This document shows, piece after piece, positions 1 to 8,621 of a stretch of 64,000 nucleotides of DNA; position 1 is the first letter of the stretch; each line of letters begins with the position of its first letter. The notes under the pieces were generated by a model, which was given only the letters and a program-made list of their open reading frames with translations, searched no databases and was not told the DNA's origin. Position numbers and translations under genes: made by a program. The DNA lies in IMG/VR virus record IMGVR_UViG_3300037852_000247, positions 1 through 64,000 of that record. One strand, written 5' to 3'. Source of the stretch: a virus (taxonomy: Duplodnaviria > Heunggongvirae > Uroviricota > Caudoviricetes).

Positions 1-69
1 TGAGCAACACAAGGCCGGCGCAAAACGCAATCGGGCGGAGCATGGCTTCTCGGCGGGTGGCGAGCACGG

Positions 70-297
70 TCATGGCCCCATCTCCTCGGCGGTGATCGGT
101 GGCGGCGGCAGGGGCATCCAATAAGTGGCAGTTGCGTTCAAACCAATGATTGTTGTTTTGGTATGCCCCATCTCCCACATCGTGGTACCGTCGCTGAACT
201 CTCGCCATTCGCCGACCGCAACATCGCCTGTGCAGGCGTAGAGCAGGATTTTCTCCCCGGTGCGGGGCGCTGTATCTATCGTTTGCCATTCGGTCAT
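70..297 (-). CDS. Small conserved prophage protein with W-Q-x-I-D-T-A-P-x-x-G motif (DUF551-like)
   Basis: 75-aa ORF MTEWQTIDTAPRTGEKILLY... The WQ.I.TAP..G motif is typical of a small phage-associated protein family. Product assigned from memory of the motif only. Confidence 0.45.
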   Translation of the reverse strand: MTEWQTIDTAPRTGEKILLYACTGDVAVGEWREFSDGTTMWEMGHTKTTIIGLNATATYWMPLPPPPITAEEMGP

Positions 298-677
298 TGC
301 TCCACCTCCTCAGCCGTGATCGGCGTGTAGTGCGCTAGAGGCACCCTCGCGTCATCCTCCGCAGCCGCCTGAAGCAGTAATCGGCGGGTGCGCATGAGCA
401 CCTCAGCCGCGCGTAAACGATAATTGGGGAAACCGTCATCAAGCAGGCCCATGGCCTCCTCGATCTGGCCGAGCGCCAATGCGATATTTTTCATGGCAAA
501 TCCTTGTACCTCCGTGATGTGCATCACCTGTCCCTCCACTCTATCTCGATTTCGTGGAACGAGATCCGAGATGAGATCCAGTGGAGAACGGCTATGATCT
601 TTTTTTTCATGGCAGATCCTTGACGCGGCCCGTCGGGTCTGCGCCAAGCGGGGAAGTTGCCGCGGGAAACCGCGCAC
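294..677 (-). CDS. Hypothetical protein, leftward operon
   Basis: 127-aa ORF that overlaps the neighbouring gene by 4 nt, so it sits in a tightly packed minus-strand operon. Confidence 0.4.
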   Translation of the reverse strand: MRGFPRQLPRLAQTRRAASRICHEKKDHSRSPLDLISDLVPRNRDRVEGQVMHITEVQGFAMKNIALALGQIEEAMGLLDDGFPNYRLRAAEVLMRTRRLLLQAAAEDDARVPLAHYTPITAEEVEQ

Positions 678-717
678 GTCATGGCAGGTCCCTTATTATA
701 GCGTTTCGGGGTCGATA

Positions 718-984
718 TCATTCTAGGTCCCGATAAGTGATCCGGTGTCGAATCTTCCACGCCGCCACCTCGCTGATCCCAAACTCTCGCGCGAGTTCGG
801 TAACGTTGCTGCGGGCTAGCGCCGCGCTGATCCCAAACTGTCGCGCGAGCTCGGTAACGCTGCCGCGGGTTAGCGCCGCCCGAATTCTAGCGACCTGTTC
901 GAACGTCAGTTTCCGCCGCGTCCGGGAGCGGGGCTTGCCTGGGTGAGCAGCGAGATATTTTTCGAGTGGGGTTGTCGCGGTCAT
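718..984 (-). CDS. HTH DNA-binding protein with internal tandem duplication
   Basis: 88 aa. The segment SVTELARQFGISAALAR is followed by its near-copy SNVTELAREFGISEVAAW. The DNA at 781-880 is a ~51-bp tandem repeat. Confidence 0.5.
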   Translation of the reverse strand: MTATTPLEKYLAAHPGKPRSRTRRKLTFEQVARIRAALTRGSVTELARQFGISAALARSNVTELAREFGISEVAAWKIRHRITYRDLE

Positions 985-1069
985 GCTCAGATCACCGCGC
1001 AGATGATTGCGGCCATGTAGGCCGTGACGGCTAGCGCCGCAATGACGAACGCGACGTAGATTACGCGCT

Positions 1070-1282
1070 TCATGCGGCGGCCTCGCTGGCGGGTGCTTCG
1101 CAATGCTCGCAGGTTTCGCTTCGGGCTACACGATCCTCTGAGCCAGCGGCGTAGCCAGCAAAATAATCAGATCGCTGGAATGGATGGCGCGTCTCGTCGG
1201 GAGCTATCGCGCGCTGGCCGTCGATGCCGTCGTGATAGCCTTGCTGCCAGAACCAATTGTGTTCGGGGTCGATCTCTCGCAT
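1070..1282 (-). CDS. Hypothetical protein (start at internal Met, coupled to upstream gene)
   Basis: The MREIDPEHN start codon at 1282-1280 overlaps the stop of the upstream ORF by 1 nt. The longer ORF from 1336 is less likely. Confidence 0.3.
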   Translation of the reverse strand: MREIDPEHNWFWQQGYHDGIDGQRAIAPDETRHPFQRSDYFAGYAAGSEDRVARSETCEHCEAPASEAAA

Positions 1283-1628
1283 CACGCGTTCCTCCGTTGG
1301 CAGTGCCAGTAGCAGAAGCGGTTGTCGCGACACCAATCGGCGTCAGGGCAGCCGGCCGGATGCATGTGTACGTCGGCTGGGATGCCGGTTCCTGTGCGGG
1401 GTTGCCGGCTGCTTTTCGGGACTACGTAGAGCCGTTGTGGCGCCTTCGGATCTTTCGAGTTATCGTGTTGGGCCATTGCTGCGCAGCGCGACCGCTCTGC
1501 CTCAATCGCCTCAGCGATTTGCACGGCCACAAAAGACAGCCCGTCAGCGCTAGTTCGGCTATCGAGATAATGGGTCAGAAACAGCCGCCATTCGTCGGCG
1601 TTCGTTCCCTGTGGCCTCGCGGCCATCA
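1282..1628 (-). CDS. Hypothetical protein
   Basis: The MAARPQGTNADEWRLF start at 1628 abuts the stop of ORF 1626..1922. The upstream extension to 1812 would overlap that gene. Confidence 0.35.
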
Positions 1629-1922
1629 CGCGGCCCTCCCGCGCCAACCCGGCACCGAGGTGTCGATGCCGCGGGTCTCCGCGATGTTCAGGCGTCTGTA
1701 TTGCTTTATGGCCCGGCGAAGGTGGTGCCGGGCGCGGGGAAGGGAGAGCCCGCGGATTCGCGTGCACCGGCAATAGTAGAACCAGCATTCGAAAAGGTTT
1801 CTCTGTGCCCACCCGAGGCGGTCAATGTATTGGAGGTGCCCGTCGCGCATGACCTCCCATGCCAGCCGCTCTGCCTCACCGGCAGCGGCAAGCTCTGCGC
1901 CGGCATCATCGATCGCGCTCAT
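1626..1922 (-). CDS. Hypothetical protein
   Basis: 98-aa ORF with no recognisable motif. Confidence 0.4.
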   Translation of the reverse strand: MSAIDDAGAELAAAGEAERLAWEVMRDGHLQYIDRLGWAQRNLFECWFYYCRCTRIRGLSLPRARHHLRRAIKQYRRLNIAETRGIDTSVPGWRGRAA

Positions 1923-2122
1923 TGTGACGACTCCGCTTCCGCGATCAGCGCGGCGAGCTCGGCCTGCATGTGCCGCAGGTCAGTGAGGTACGCGCGCAGC
2001 GTCGGGGCGCGTTCCTCATCGCGATCCTCGGCGTCATCAAAGACGCGCGCCAGATACGCGGCATCGCTCCGGAGGTTTCGAGCGGAGCAACACAAATCGA
2101 TCATGTCGGCTTCGGTCGTCAT
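1919..2122 (-). CDS. Hypothetical small acidic protein
   Basis: 67-aa ORF coupled to its neighbour by a 4-nt overlap. Confidence 0.4.
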   Translation of the reverse strand: MTTEADMIDLCCSARNLRSDAAYLARVFDDAEDRDEERAPTLRAYLTDLRHMQAELAALIAEAESSQ

Positions 2123-2224
2123 CGGCTGCTCTCCCTTCGATCGGGTTTAATGGGGGGGGATGTCCAGGCCAGCCGGGCGCTTTAATGCGCTTATCCGGCC
2201 AGTCTGGATGTCAGATGTTGCGGG

Positions 2225-2455
2225 TTAGAAGCAGGTAACGGTAACGCCGTCGTTTACACACACGTTACCGTTGTTGTTGCCGTTGCCGCTGCCGCTGCTC
2301 CCACCGCTGCCGTTTCCGGTACCGTTGCCGGTGCCATTGCCGAGGAAGCTTCCGATGCTGTTGAACATGTCCGTAAACCAGTCCGCCCTCGCCTGGTTTG
2401 GTGCGGCGACGGTCATTCCCAGCAGGAACAGCCCGCCAATCAATGCCTTTGTCAT
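2225..2455 (-). CDS. Small secreted Gly/Asn-rich peptide (bacteriocin-like)
   Basis: 76 aa. N-terminal signal peptide MTKALIGGLFLLGMTVAAPNQARA, then GNGTGNGTGNGSGGSSGSGNGNNNGN repeats and a C-terminal C-x-N-D-G-V-T-V-T-C-F. An AT-rich promoter region follows at 2460-2660. Confidence 0.5.
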   Translation of the reverse strand: MTKALIGGLFLLGMTVAAPNQARADWFTDMFNSIGSFLGNGTGNGTGNGSGGSSGSGNGNNNGNVCVNDGVTVTCF

Positions 2456-3040
2456 GTTTGCTCTCTCTCTAAATCCGATCGGGTTGATCGTGAGGGGAGC
2501 TTAATCGGTCAGTTTTCCTAAAGCAACCAAAAAATAGGAAAATTTTCCGATTTTTTATGCAAGGCCAAAATTTGCCCGAAATCTTAGCGACTTCTTGGCT
2601 TGCCCATGCGGTATCAAGCAGCCTAAAAGCGGCGCCCGCACATTGATAAAAGGGGTGGATGATAGATGGCCCTGACGCCTGCAGAACGCCGATTCTCTCG
2701 ATTTATCCACGAAGTTAGCACGCCATCCGACAATAAATTCAATGGGGTGGGGGGCCAGGTCATCATCGCCGTCGTTCTGGCCGGCGCGGCGGCGGTCGTC
2801 GCTTCCTATGGCTACGGGCACTCTCCGATGCTCCCAGAGGGACACAGTTTGCCCGCGATGGCGTTCTTCCCGGCGATTGTTGCGGCGAGCCGTTTTGGGC
2901 GGCCGACATCCTGGATCTGCGCTGCGACTCTTCTGCTTATCGAGGCTCTCTACCTTCCTTCGCGAGGGCCGCTGGGGTTTGAGGCAGAATTCGTGCCTTG
3001 GTACATCGAATGTGCCCTTGCACTTTGCGCGGTGGCGATT

Positions 3041-3484
3041 CTATCGTCGGGTCGGCGAGAACCCCATGCCCCGGATAAGGGCGTCAGCCAAGGCAAGCGC
3101 CTCGGCATCATCAGGAATCGGTTGCCCATCCTCTTTGCGTTCGGAGAGAATATCGTAAAACAGCGCCGTCGCCTGGCAGACAACCAGGGCTCGACCGTCT
3201 GTCCGCCGCGGGACCTTCTTTTCGGCCACCATCAACGCCATTCGTAGCAGCTCGACGTCGACTCGCGGGGTAGACTGAACCCCGATCGCCTCCGCCAGCG
3301 TCCAATCGAGGGCGCGCGCTATCGACGCGATGCTGTCCATCCGGCGCGCCCGGCCGGGCACCTTTCGGATAAGGCTATCGTCCAGGCCAGCCTCGCGCAG
3401 CAACGCGCTCTCCGCTTTGCCGAGCTCGGCCACACGGCGATGCACTCGCTTGAGAAATGCCTCCTCGGACCACTCGGCAGTCAT
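3041..3484 (-). CDS. Phage repressor-like XRE-family HTH protein
   Basis: HTH segment LREAGLDDSLIRKVPGRARRMDSIASIARALDWTLAEAIG. The MTAEW start at 3484 was chosen so the gene does not run into the divergent promoter region. Confidence 0.55.
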   Translation of the reverse strand: MTAEWSEEAFLKRVHRRVAELGKAESALLREAGLDDSLIRKVPGRARRMDSIASIARALDWTLAEAIGVQSTPRVDVELLRMALMVAEKKVPRRTDGRALVVCQATALFYDILSERKEDGQPIPDDAEALALADALIRGMGFSPTRR

Positions 3485-3572
3485 ACGCGAAGAATCGCGC
3501 GTAGGAAAATTTTCCGGTATCGGTGAATTCGCCCGCTTGACATAGGATAGTTTGCCTATAAAGTGGGGCGTT
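3485..3572. promoter_or_regulatory. Divergent promoter/operator region (lysogeny switch-like)
   Basis: About 90-bp gap between the leftward repressor and the rightward genes. It contains TTGACA..TATAAA-like hexamers and a perfect 12-bp palindrome GGAAAATTTTCC (3504-3515). The same palindrome recurs at 2537-2548 upstream of the secreted-peptide gene. Confidence 0.4.
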
Positions 3573-3848
3573 ATGGTTCCCTCAGAGGCGCTCAAATTAC
3601 TGGCCCGGCTGTACCTGGATCACACAGGCAGAACGGCCTTTAACCTCGGCTATCGCTCCGGCATGGGCGGGAAATTCTTCCAGCTCGTGTTGGCTGGAAA
3701 AGGCTATCACTCGGATAGCGGCGACAAGGCGATGCTCTGGTTCTCCGCAAATTGGCCTGCCGATCTGCCGTGGCCGCAGTCGATTCCGAAACTCGCCATA
3801 CCCGCCCAGACGATCCCCGTCGCTGCCGCTGATGAGGACGTAGCCTGA
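3573..3848 (+). CDS. Hypothetical first rightward early protein
   Basis: ATG at 3573 preceded by GTGGGG. The ORF-track start at 3552 lies inside the promoter. Confidence 0.4.
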   Translation: MVPSEALKLLARLYLDHTGRTAFNLGYRSGMGGKFFQLVLAGKGYHSDSGDKAMLWFSANWPADLPWPQSIPKLAIPAQTIPVAAADEDVA

Positions 3849-4030
3849 TGCCGAGCCCGCCAGAATTCCGCATCATCGGGTCCCGCGCGCCGTTCGGCCG
3901 CAAGGGCACCCGGTCGAAATGGCTGTGGCGCTGCGCCGGTCCCGATCATGTCAGTTGGCTGATTACATTGACAAACGGTGAGACGCTGGGGCCGTTCGAC
4001 GATCCCACCGCCGCGCAGTCGTGGCTTTAA
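3848..4030 (+). CDS. Hypothetical protein
   Basis: 60-aa ORF coupled to the upstream gene. Confidence 0.3.
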   Translation: MPSPPEFRIIGSRAPFGRKGTRSKWLWRCAGPDHVSWLITLTNGETLGPFDDPTAAQSWL

Positions 4031-4413
4031 TGGCGCGGTCGGCAATGATTTCTCGATTCCTCGCTGCAGCGAACCGGCACCTGCGCGCCTTCTGGCAGCG
4101 CATCCCTCGCCGACGAAGTTTGCGGCCGCAGCATTGGGTGTTTGAAGGCAGCCACATTAATCGTCGCGTCCTTCCAATTATTCTGGCTCCGATGATTGCC
4201 CACAATGAACGCCAACAGAGGGCACAGCAAAAGCTCGCCGAGGTCCTCGCGGCCAGATCGACCCCGTTCGAGATCGCGAGAACTCTCACCGCCTGTTGGC
4301 GATATTCCATCGGCGATGACGATGGCGCTGCCTACGGCTTGGTAGAGCATGGCGTCGAATTATGGGAGTTGATCAAGCAAGCAGTCGAATTCGAGCGGAA
4401 CTGTGCGCAATGA
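4021..4413 (+). CDS. Hypothetical protein
   Basis: 130-aa ORF. Confidence 0.4.
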   Translation: MALMARSAMISRFLAAANRHLRAFWQRIPRRRSLRPQHWVFEGSHINRRVLPIILAPMIAHNERQQRAQQKLAEVLAARSTPFEIARTLTACWRYSIGDDDGAAYGLVEHGVELWELIKQAVEFERNCAQ

Positions 4414-4586
4414 TGCCAGCCCGCTCCATTCCAGTTAGCCTCGCCATGGGCAATCCTGCCCGCCCGATTTCCCGTCAGGCATGGCGAGGCCGGGGGCGCT
4501 ACTGCAAGGATCCCCGCAGTAGCGCCCCCTCTCATACGGCACTGGCGGGGGAGACCAGCACCGTCACGAGCTTGTGGCGGTAGGCG

Positions 4587-5090
4587 ATGGCCGCAATTCG
4601 CCTTCCCTGTGGATTGATTGCCCTCGTCGATGAGGAGGACTTCGACCGGGTCGCGCAAATCAAATGGCACGCTAAGCCTTCTAAGAAGCGTCTCGTCTAT
4701 GCCGTTCATCGAATTCGTGCGCCCGGCGGCGTTCAGCGTCAACTTCTTATGCATCGTTTCATTCTCGGCGTACCACCAGAGATCTTGGTTGATCATCGGG
4801 ACGGCAATGGCCTGAATAATCGGCGTCTGAATCTTCGCGAATGCACAAACGCCCAAAACGCAGCGAACAGAAAACGACTCGGGCAATGCCTAAAGGGCGT
4901 GTGGCGCACGGAGTCCGGTAAATACAGCGCACGAATCTCACATCTAGGCCAAAGAACCTTTCTGGGAACCTTTGATTCGGAAATCGCGGCGGCATTCGCA
5001 TACGATGCGGCCGCACAAAGACTGTTCGGCGAATTTGCGAAATTAAATTTCCCAGACAATCATTTCGGAGAGGTCGATGCTGCCGCATGA
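4587..5090 (+). CDS. HNH endonuclease with C-terminal AP2 DNA-binding domain (homing-endonuclease-like)
   Basis: HNH motif LMHRFILG...VDHRDGNGLNNRRLNLRECTNAQN, followed by the AP2-like segment GKYSARISHLGQRTFLGTFDSEIAAAFAYDAAAQRLFGEFAKLNF. Confidence 0.7.
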   Translation: MAAIRLPCGLIALVDEEDFDRVAQIKWHAKPSKKRLVYAVHRIRAPGGVQRQLLMHRFILGVPPEILVDHRDGNGLNNRRLNLRECTNAQNAANRKRLGQCLKGVWRTESGKYSARISHLGQRTFLGTFDSEIAAAFAYDAAAQRLFGEFAKLNFPDNHFGEVDAAA

Positions 5091-5284
5091 CCTGTCCGTC
5101 CGAGTTCGGGCGATCGTATGGGGGAAGGAAGCGCGGCTGCGCTTCCTTGGTGTGGCGCGGTGTCGTGCTGCTCGAGCGACTGACCGAGGTCTGGGGGAAA
5201 AGGCGACTTCGGCCAATCCGCGCCCGCCAATGCAAGCCTCCTCTTTCACGATCCATTCACGACTTTTTCACGATTCGAAGGGCG

Positions 5285-5785
5285 ATGACTAGTGATCTGA
5301 AGGGCAACGCCTTTGCATATGAGGGCAATGATTTTGCAGGGAACGCTGCCTTCGCGCTCGATTTCCTCGTTGCTCAGCGCATTGCCGAGCAGAATCGCGA
5401 TAAGGCGGTCGCCCGCATGTTTGGCGTTTCGTTGCGCATGGCTAAATATCTGCGCGAAGGCAAACACTGGACTGTCAACCGGCTATCAACGGCGAGCGCG
5501 TTGCTTGGCCGGGATTTCGACGTGTTGGTCATCGTGCCGCTGCGCTGCGGAATTGCTCCGGAGGAAATTCACGATCGCATCGACGAAGTTAAAAATCAGA
5601 TCGAAGATGAAATCGTGCTTCTGCGGAGTGAAGTCCGGGATGGGTTTTCTCAGATCATGCGTTTCCTTGGTGCTCTTGTACATGGCGAGGCAGATCCTGC
5701 GTTTCTCGCGCAGGACGGCGCCGCCACGCAGGAACCGGTGGTGGCTCAACCATTAATCGCGGCGCACATCAGAAACGAGGCGTGA
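5285..5785 (+). CDS. Hypothetical regulatory protein (HTH-like segment)
   Basis: Start at internal ATG 5285 (MTSDLKGN). Contains AVARMFGVSLRMAKYLREGK. Confidence 0.4.
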   Translation: MTSDLKGNAFAYEGNDFAGNAAFALDFLVAQRIAEQNRDKAVARMFGVSLRMAKYLREGKHWTVNRLSTASALLGRDFDVLVIVPLRCGIAPEEIHDRIDEVKNQIEDEIVLLRSEVRDGFSQIMRFLGALVHGEADPAFLAQDGAATQEPVVAQPLIAAHIRNEA

Positions 5786-5850
5786 TTCGATGGCTGCTGC
5801 TCCGCTTCCGGATCTGGCGGGCGCTGCGAAGGTAGCGGAGGACGAGCCGC

Positions 5851-6102
5851 ATGGCTGAGCGCGTCCCGACTCCGATAGTGCCGGAATGGCGGCTGATCCG
5901 ACGGGAACGAGACGGGCAGCCGGCGCATGTTCTGCTGACCGCAGAAGGTCATTTCATTTGGTGTCCCGGCAAGTCCTGGGAGTTGCCACCGGGTTGGGCG
6001 TGGGGAGGTGATCCCGAACCGGGCGCGGCATATTCAAGGCACCCCGATCTTCTGATCGCCCAAGCCATGTCGAAGATAGCGGAGGACGAGCCCTATGGCT
6101 GA
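5851..6102 (+). CDS. Hypothetical small protein
   Basis: 83-aa ORF overlapping the next gene. Confidence 0.3.
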   Translation: MAERVPTPIVPEWRLIRRERDGQPAHVLLTAEGHFIWCPGKSWELPPGWAWGGDPEPGAAYSRHPDLLIAQAMSKIAEDEPYG

Positions 6103-6325
6103 ACCTCCGAAGTGGCGGAATGCCGAGAAATCGATCCTTGAAATGGCTCGCCGATGTTATCCGTCGGCGACGGAGCGCGCCGCACTACGTGGCGGACTCG
6201 GAGACGCGGCCTGTCTCTGTGACGCGATAGCTAACGAACTTCCAAAAAACGAAGCTGCCATCGCCAAGCTATGCGCTGACGCGATTTGGACAATGAGAAG
6301 CAAGGTGCAGGTGCCGCATGACTGA
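6095..6325 (+). CDS. Hypothetical small protein
   Basis: 76-aa ORF in a chain of 8-nt overlaps. Confidence 0.3.
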   Translation: MAEPPKWRNAEKSILEMARRCYPSATERAALRGGLGDAACLCDAIANELPKNEAAIAKLCADAIWTMRSKVQVPHD

Positions 6326-6620
6326 GCATGGCGCTGGTGATGGGATTGTGTTCCGCGGCCCCCATGCCCGCCCCGGTGATGAGGCGCGCGCGACCTACGC
6401 CACCGTTGCACTCCGCCGCGCAGCGGTTCCTATCCTCGACCGCTACGGCGGCACCGCGCTCATTGACGCGCTGATTTCGGTTTGGCTCGATCTCAACCTC
6501 ACCGCCTCCGGAGTCTCGAACACCGACGAAATGTTGCGCCAGCTGCGGCGGGATCTGCCAAAATTCGCCGCCGCCCATCGGGCAAAGAACGCGAAACCGC
6601 AGGGAAAGCTCGATGGCTGA
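6318..6620 (+). CDS. Hypothetical small protein
   Basis: 100-aa ORF in the same chain of overlapping genes. Confidence 0.35.
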   Translation: MTEHGAGDGIVFRGPHARPGDEARATYATVALRRAAVPILDRYGGTALIDALISVWLDLNLTASGVSNTDEMLRQLRRDLPKFAAAHRAKNAKPQGKLDG

Positions 6621-6873
6621 GCGCGCCCTGCCCGCAGGTATGACCCCGCGCCTTCTGTCGCGCGAGGCCGCAGCGACCTATTGCGGGATTTCGCCCAACC
6701 ATTTTGATGAACACCTCGCCGAGGCGGTCCCGCCGGTCTTCATTGGTCGCCGGAGGCTTTGGGACGTCAAGGCGCTAGACCGCTGGCTTGATGCGCAATC
6801 GGGCCTCGCCCACTCTGTCGATTCTAGGTCGATGGAGGAGAGGCTCAATGGAGATCAAGGTGCGCGGCGTTAA
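6613..6873 (+). CDS. AlpA/excisionase-like HTH protein
   Basis: REAAATYCGISPNHFDEHL...PVFIGRRRLWDVKALDRWLD, typical of AlpA/Xis-type DNA-binding proteins. Sits immediately upstream of int. Confidence 0.6.
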   Translation: MAERALPAGMTPRLLSREAAATYCGISPNHFDEHLAEAVPPVFIGRRRLWDVKALDRWLDAQSGLAHSVDSRSMEERLNGDQGARR

Positions 6874-8014
6874 AGTCTATCGCAGCCGCGGGAAGGTTTA
6901 TGCCTATCACCGCAAGACGGGTAAGCGCATTCGCGCGCCGTTCGGGACTGCGGTATTCCTGGCCGAGGTCGAGCGGCTCAATGGCGCCCAACCGGTCGCT
7001 CCCAGCCCCGGCTCATTGGGCGGGCTCATTGCTGCGTATCGGCGGTCGCCGGAGTTCCTTGAGCTGGCCCCGCGGACCCGGTCCGACTACCAGAAGGTGT
7101 TCGACTACCTGCGACCGCTCGACGGCGATGCGCTGTTCGAGATCACGTCGGCCTATGTGATCGACGTCCGCGACGCGGCGTTCCGGTCGCACAAGCGACG
7201 GTTCGCGAATTACGTGCTCGCGGTACTGCGGCTGCTCCTCAAATGGGGCGCAGTGCGCGATCTGGTCGAGACAAACCAAGCTGCCGCGGTGCCGAAGCTG
7301 CGGCGGCCGCGGAACATGGCCCCCGCTAACCGGCCGTGGACGGATGCCGAATATGAAGCCGTTATCTCAGCCGCTTCCGGTGGCATCAAAATCGCCATCG
7401 CTCTCGGTCGCTTCACGGGCATTCCGGAGGGCGACATGGTCCGGTTGCCGAGATCCGCCTACGACGGCAATTGGATAAGCTGGCGCCGCGGCAAGACCGG
7501 CAACCCGGTCGACCTGCCGGCGCATCCCGAACTCAAGGCGATCCTCGACGAACGAAAAATTTTAGAGATCCCTGACCCCGCCATGCCGGGAGCTAGCCTG
7601 ATTTTAGATCGAGGCGATGCGGAACCGGATGCACCCCGTAGCTCAACGGAAGAGCGCTCGTCGACCGAGACGAGAGATGGGGGTTCAAATCCCCCCGGGT
7701 TTGCGCCAATCGAGGCGATGACGATCGTCGCCGGTGTGAAGGGTCGGCCGTACACCGAGAGCGGCTTCCGCGCGGGTTTCTTCAAGCTGATCAAATCGCT
7801 GCGTGAGCAGGGTCTCGTGGGGCCGCGCCTGACATTCCAGGGACTCCGCACCACCGCCGCCACGGCGCTCGCCGAGGCCGGGTGCAGCACGCAGACGATC
7901 ATGTCCGTTACCGGGCACAGCACCGAGGCGATGGTGGCCCACTATACCAGGCAAGCCAACCGGAAAAACCAAGCCGTTGCTGCGGTCGAGAAACTGAGGC
8001 CGAGGAAGACATGA
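6848..8014 (+). CDS. int: Tyrosine integrase (phage integrase family) with in-frame insertion
   Basis: GGAGGAG RBS precedes the ATG at 6848. The N-terminal arm-type domain is MEIKVRGVKVYRSRGKVYAYHRKTGKRIRAPFG. Box II and the catalytic Tyr are FQGLRTTAATALAEAG...IMSVTGHSTEAMVAHYTR. About 50 extra residues (7565-7720) sit between the box I region and the downstream conserved block. Confidence 0.85.
   Translation: MEIKVRGVKVYRSRGKVYAYHRKTGKRIRAPFGTAVFLAEVERLNGAQPVAPSPGSLGGLIAAYRRSPEFLELAPRTRSDYQKVFDYLRPLDGDALFEITSAYVIDVRDAAFRSHKRRFANYVLAVLRLLLKWGAVRDLVETNQAAAVPKLRRPRNMAPANRPWTDAEYEAVISAASGGIKIAIALGRFTGIPEGDMVRLPRSAYDGNWISWRRGKTGNPVDLPAHPELKAILDERKILEIPDPAMPGASLILDRGDAEPDAPRSSTEERSSTETRDGGSNPPGFAPIEAMTIVAGVKGRPYTESGFRAGFFKLIKSLREQGLVGPRLTFQGLRTTAATALAEAGCSTQTIMSVTGHSTEAMVAHYTRQANRKNQAVAAVEKLRPRKT
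7620..7708 (+). other. tRNA-like element embedded in frame in int, flanked by 12-bp direct repeats
   Basis: GTAGCTCAACGGAAGAGCG is a D-arm consensus and GGGGGTTCAAATCCCCC is a T-arm. The anticodon-like stem is CTCGTC/GACGAG with a 6-nt loop. The element ends in GCGCCA. ATCGAGGCGATG occurs at 7608-7619 and again at 7709-7720. Confidence 0.45.
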
Positions 8015-8317
8015 GCGAACCGAACGAGATCAGCGAACTCTATGAGCATCGCCATGCTCTTTTCATTGCTTTGTGCCGGCAGCTTCCATCGTGGGCGTGG
8101 CGCTCAAGGCTCCATTCTGACGGCACGATGTTCAACGGGTGCTTCATTATGGGGCTCGGCGAAAATCCTGGCGACCAAGTGAGCTATTACCTGCCCATCC
8201 AGCTTTGGGATCAAACCGATTTTGCGAAGACGCTAGATCGCGCACCCAAATTGGATGGGCACTCGCCCTACGACGCGATCGAGAGGTTGTATTCGATATG
8301 ACAACCAGGTGGCCAGG

Positions 8318-8608
8318 ATGACAGATGATCGCAAGAGCGCAGAATTTCTTGCCGACGGAGCCGGCTTGGCTTCGTACCCTTACGTTCGCGAGGCGTGGAT
8401 AAAGGCGTGCCTCGAGGTGCTCCTAAATGCCCGCAAGGAATCGCGGGAACCGCTGATCATGGTCAGCGATCTCCCAGAGCCGATCCGCCATCACGCAATG
8501 GACACCCTAGCATCGGTCGCGCAGTCGATCCGAGCGGCTTATTGCTGGGGGTTACACCCAACCAGCAATGAGCAGGTGAACGATCCCGAACGGCGGTCGC
8601 GAAGCTGA
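8318..8608 (+). CDS. Hypothetical protein
   Basis: MTDDRKSAEF start inside ORF 8255..8608. Confidence 0.3.
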   Translation: MTDDRKSAEFLADGAGLASYPYVREAWIKACLEVLLNARKESREPLIMVSDLPEPIRHHAMDTLASVAQSIRAAYCWGLHPTSNEQVNDPERRSRS

Positions 8609-8621
8609 GGCCGAGGACACT

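Noticed and set aside
1072-1776. Long plus-strand ORF (234 aa) overlapping the leftward operon.
   Set aside because: Arg/Ala/Pro-rich, with the composition typical of antisense frames in high-GC DNA. It overlaps three coherent, coupled minus-strand genes.
7620-7708. A genuine tRNA gene.
   Set aside because: D- and T-arms are canonical. However, the anticodon loop is 6 nt, the acceptor stem pairs at only 5 of 7 positions, and no proper CCA or discriminator geometry exists. It is also translated in frame within int. It is called tRNA-like only.
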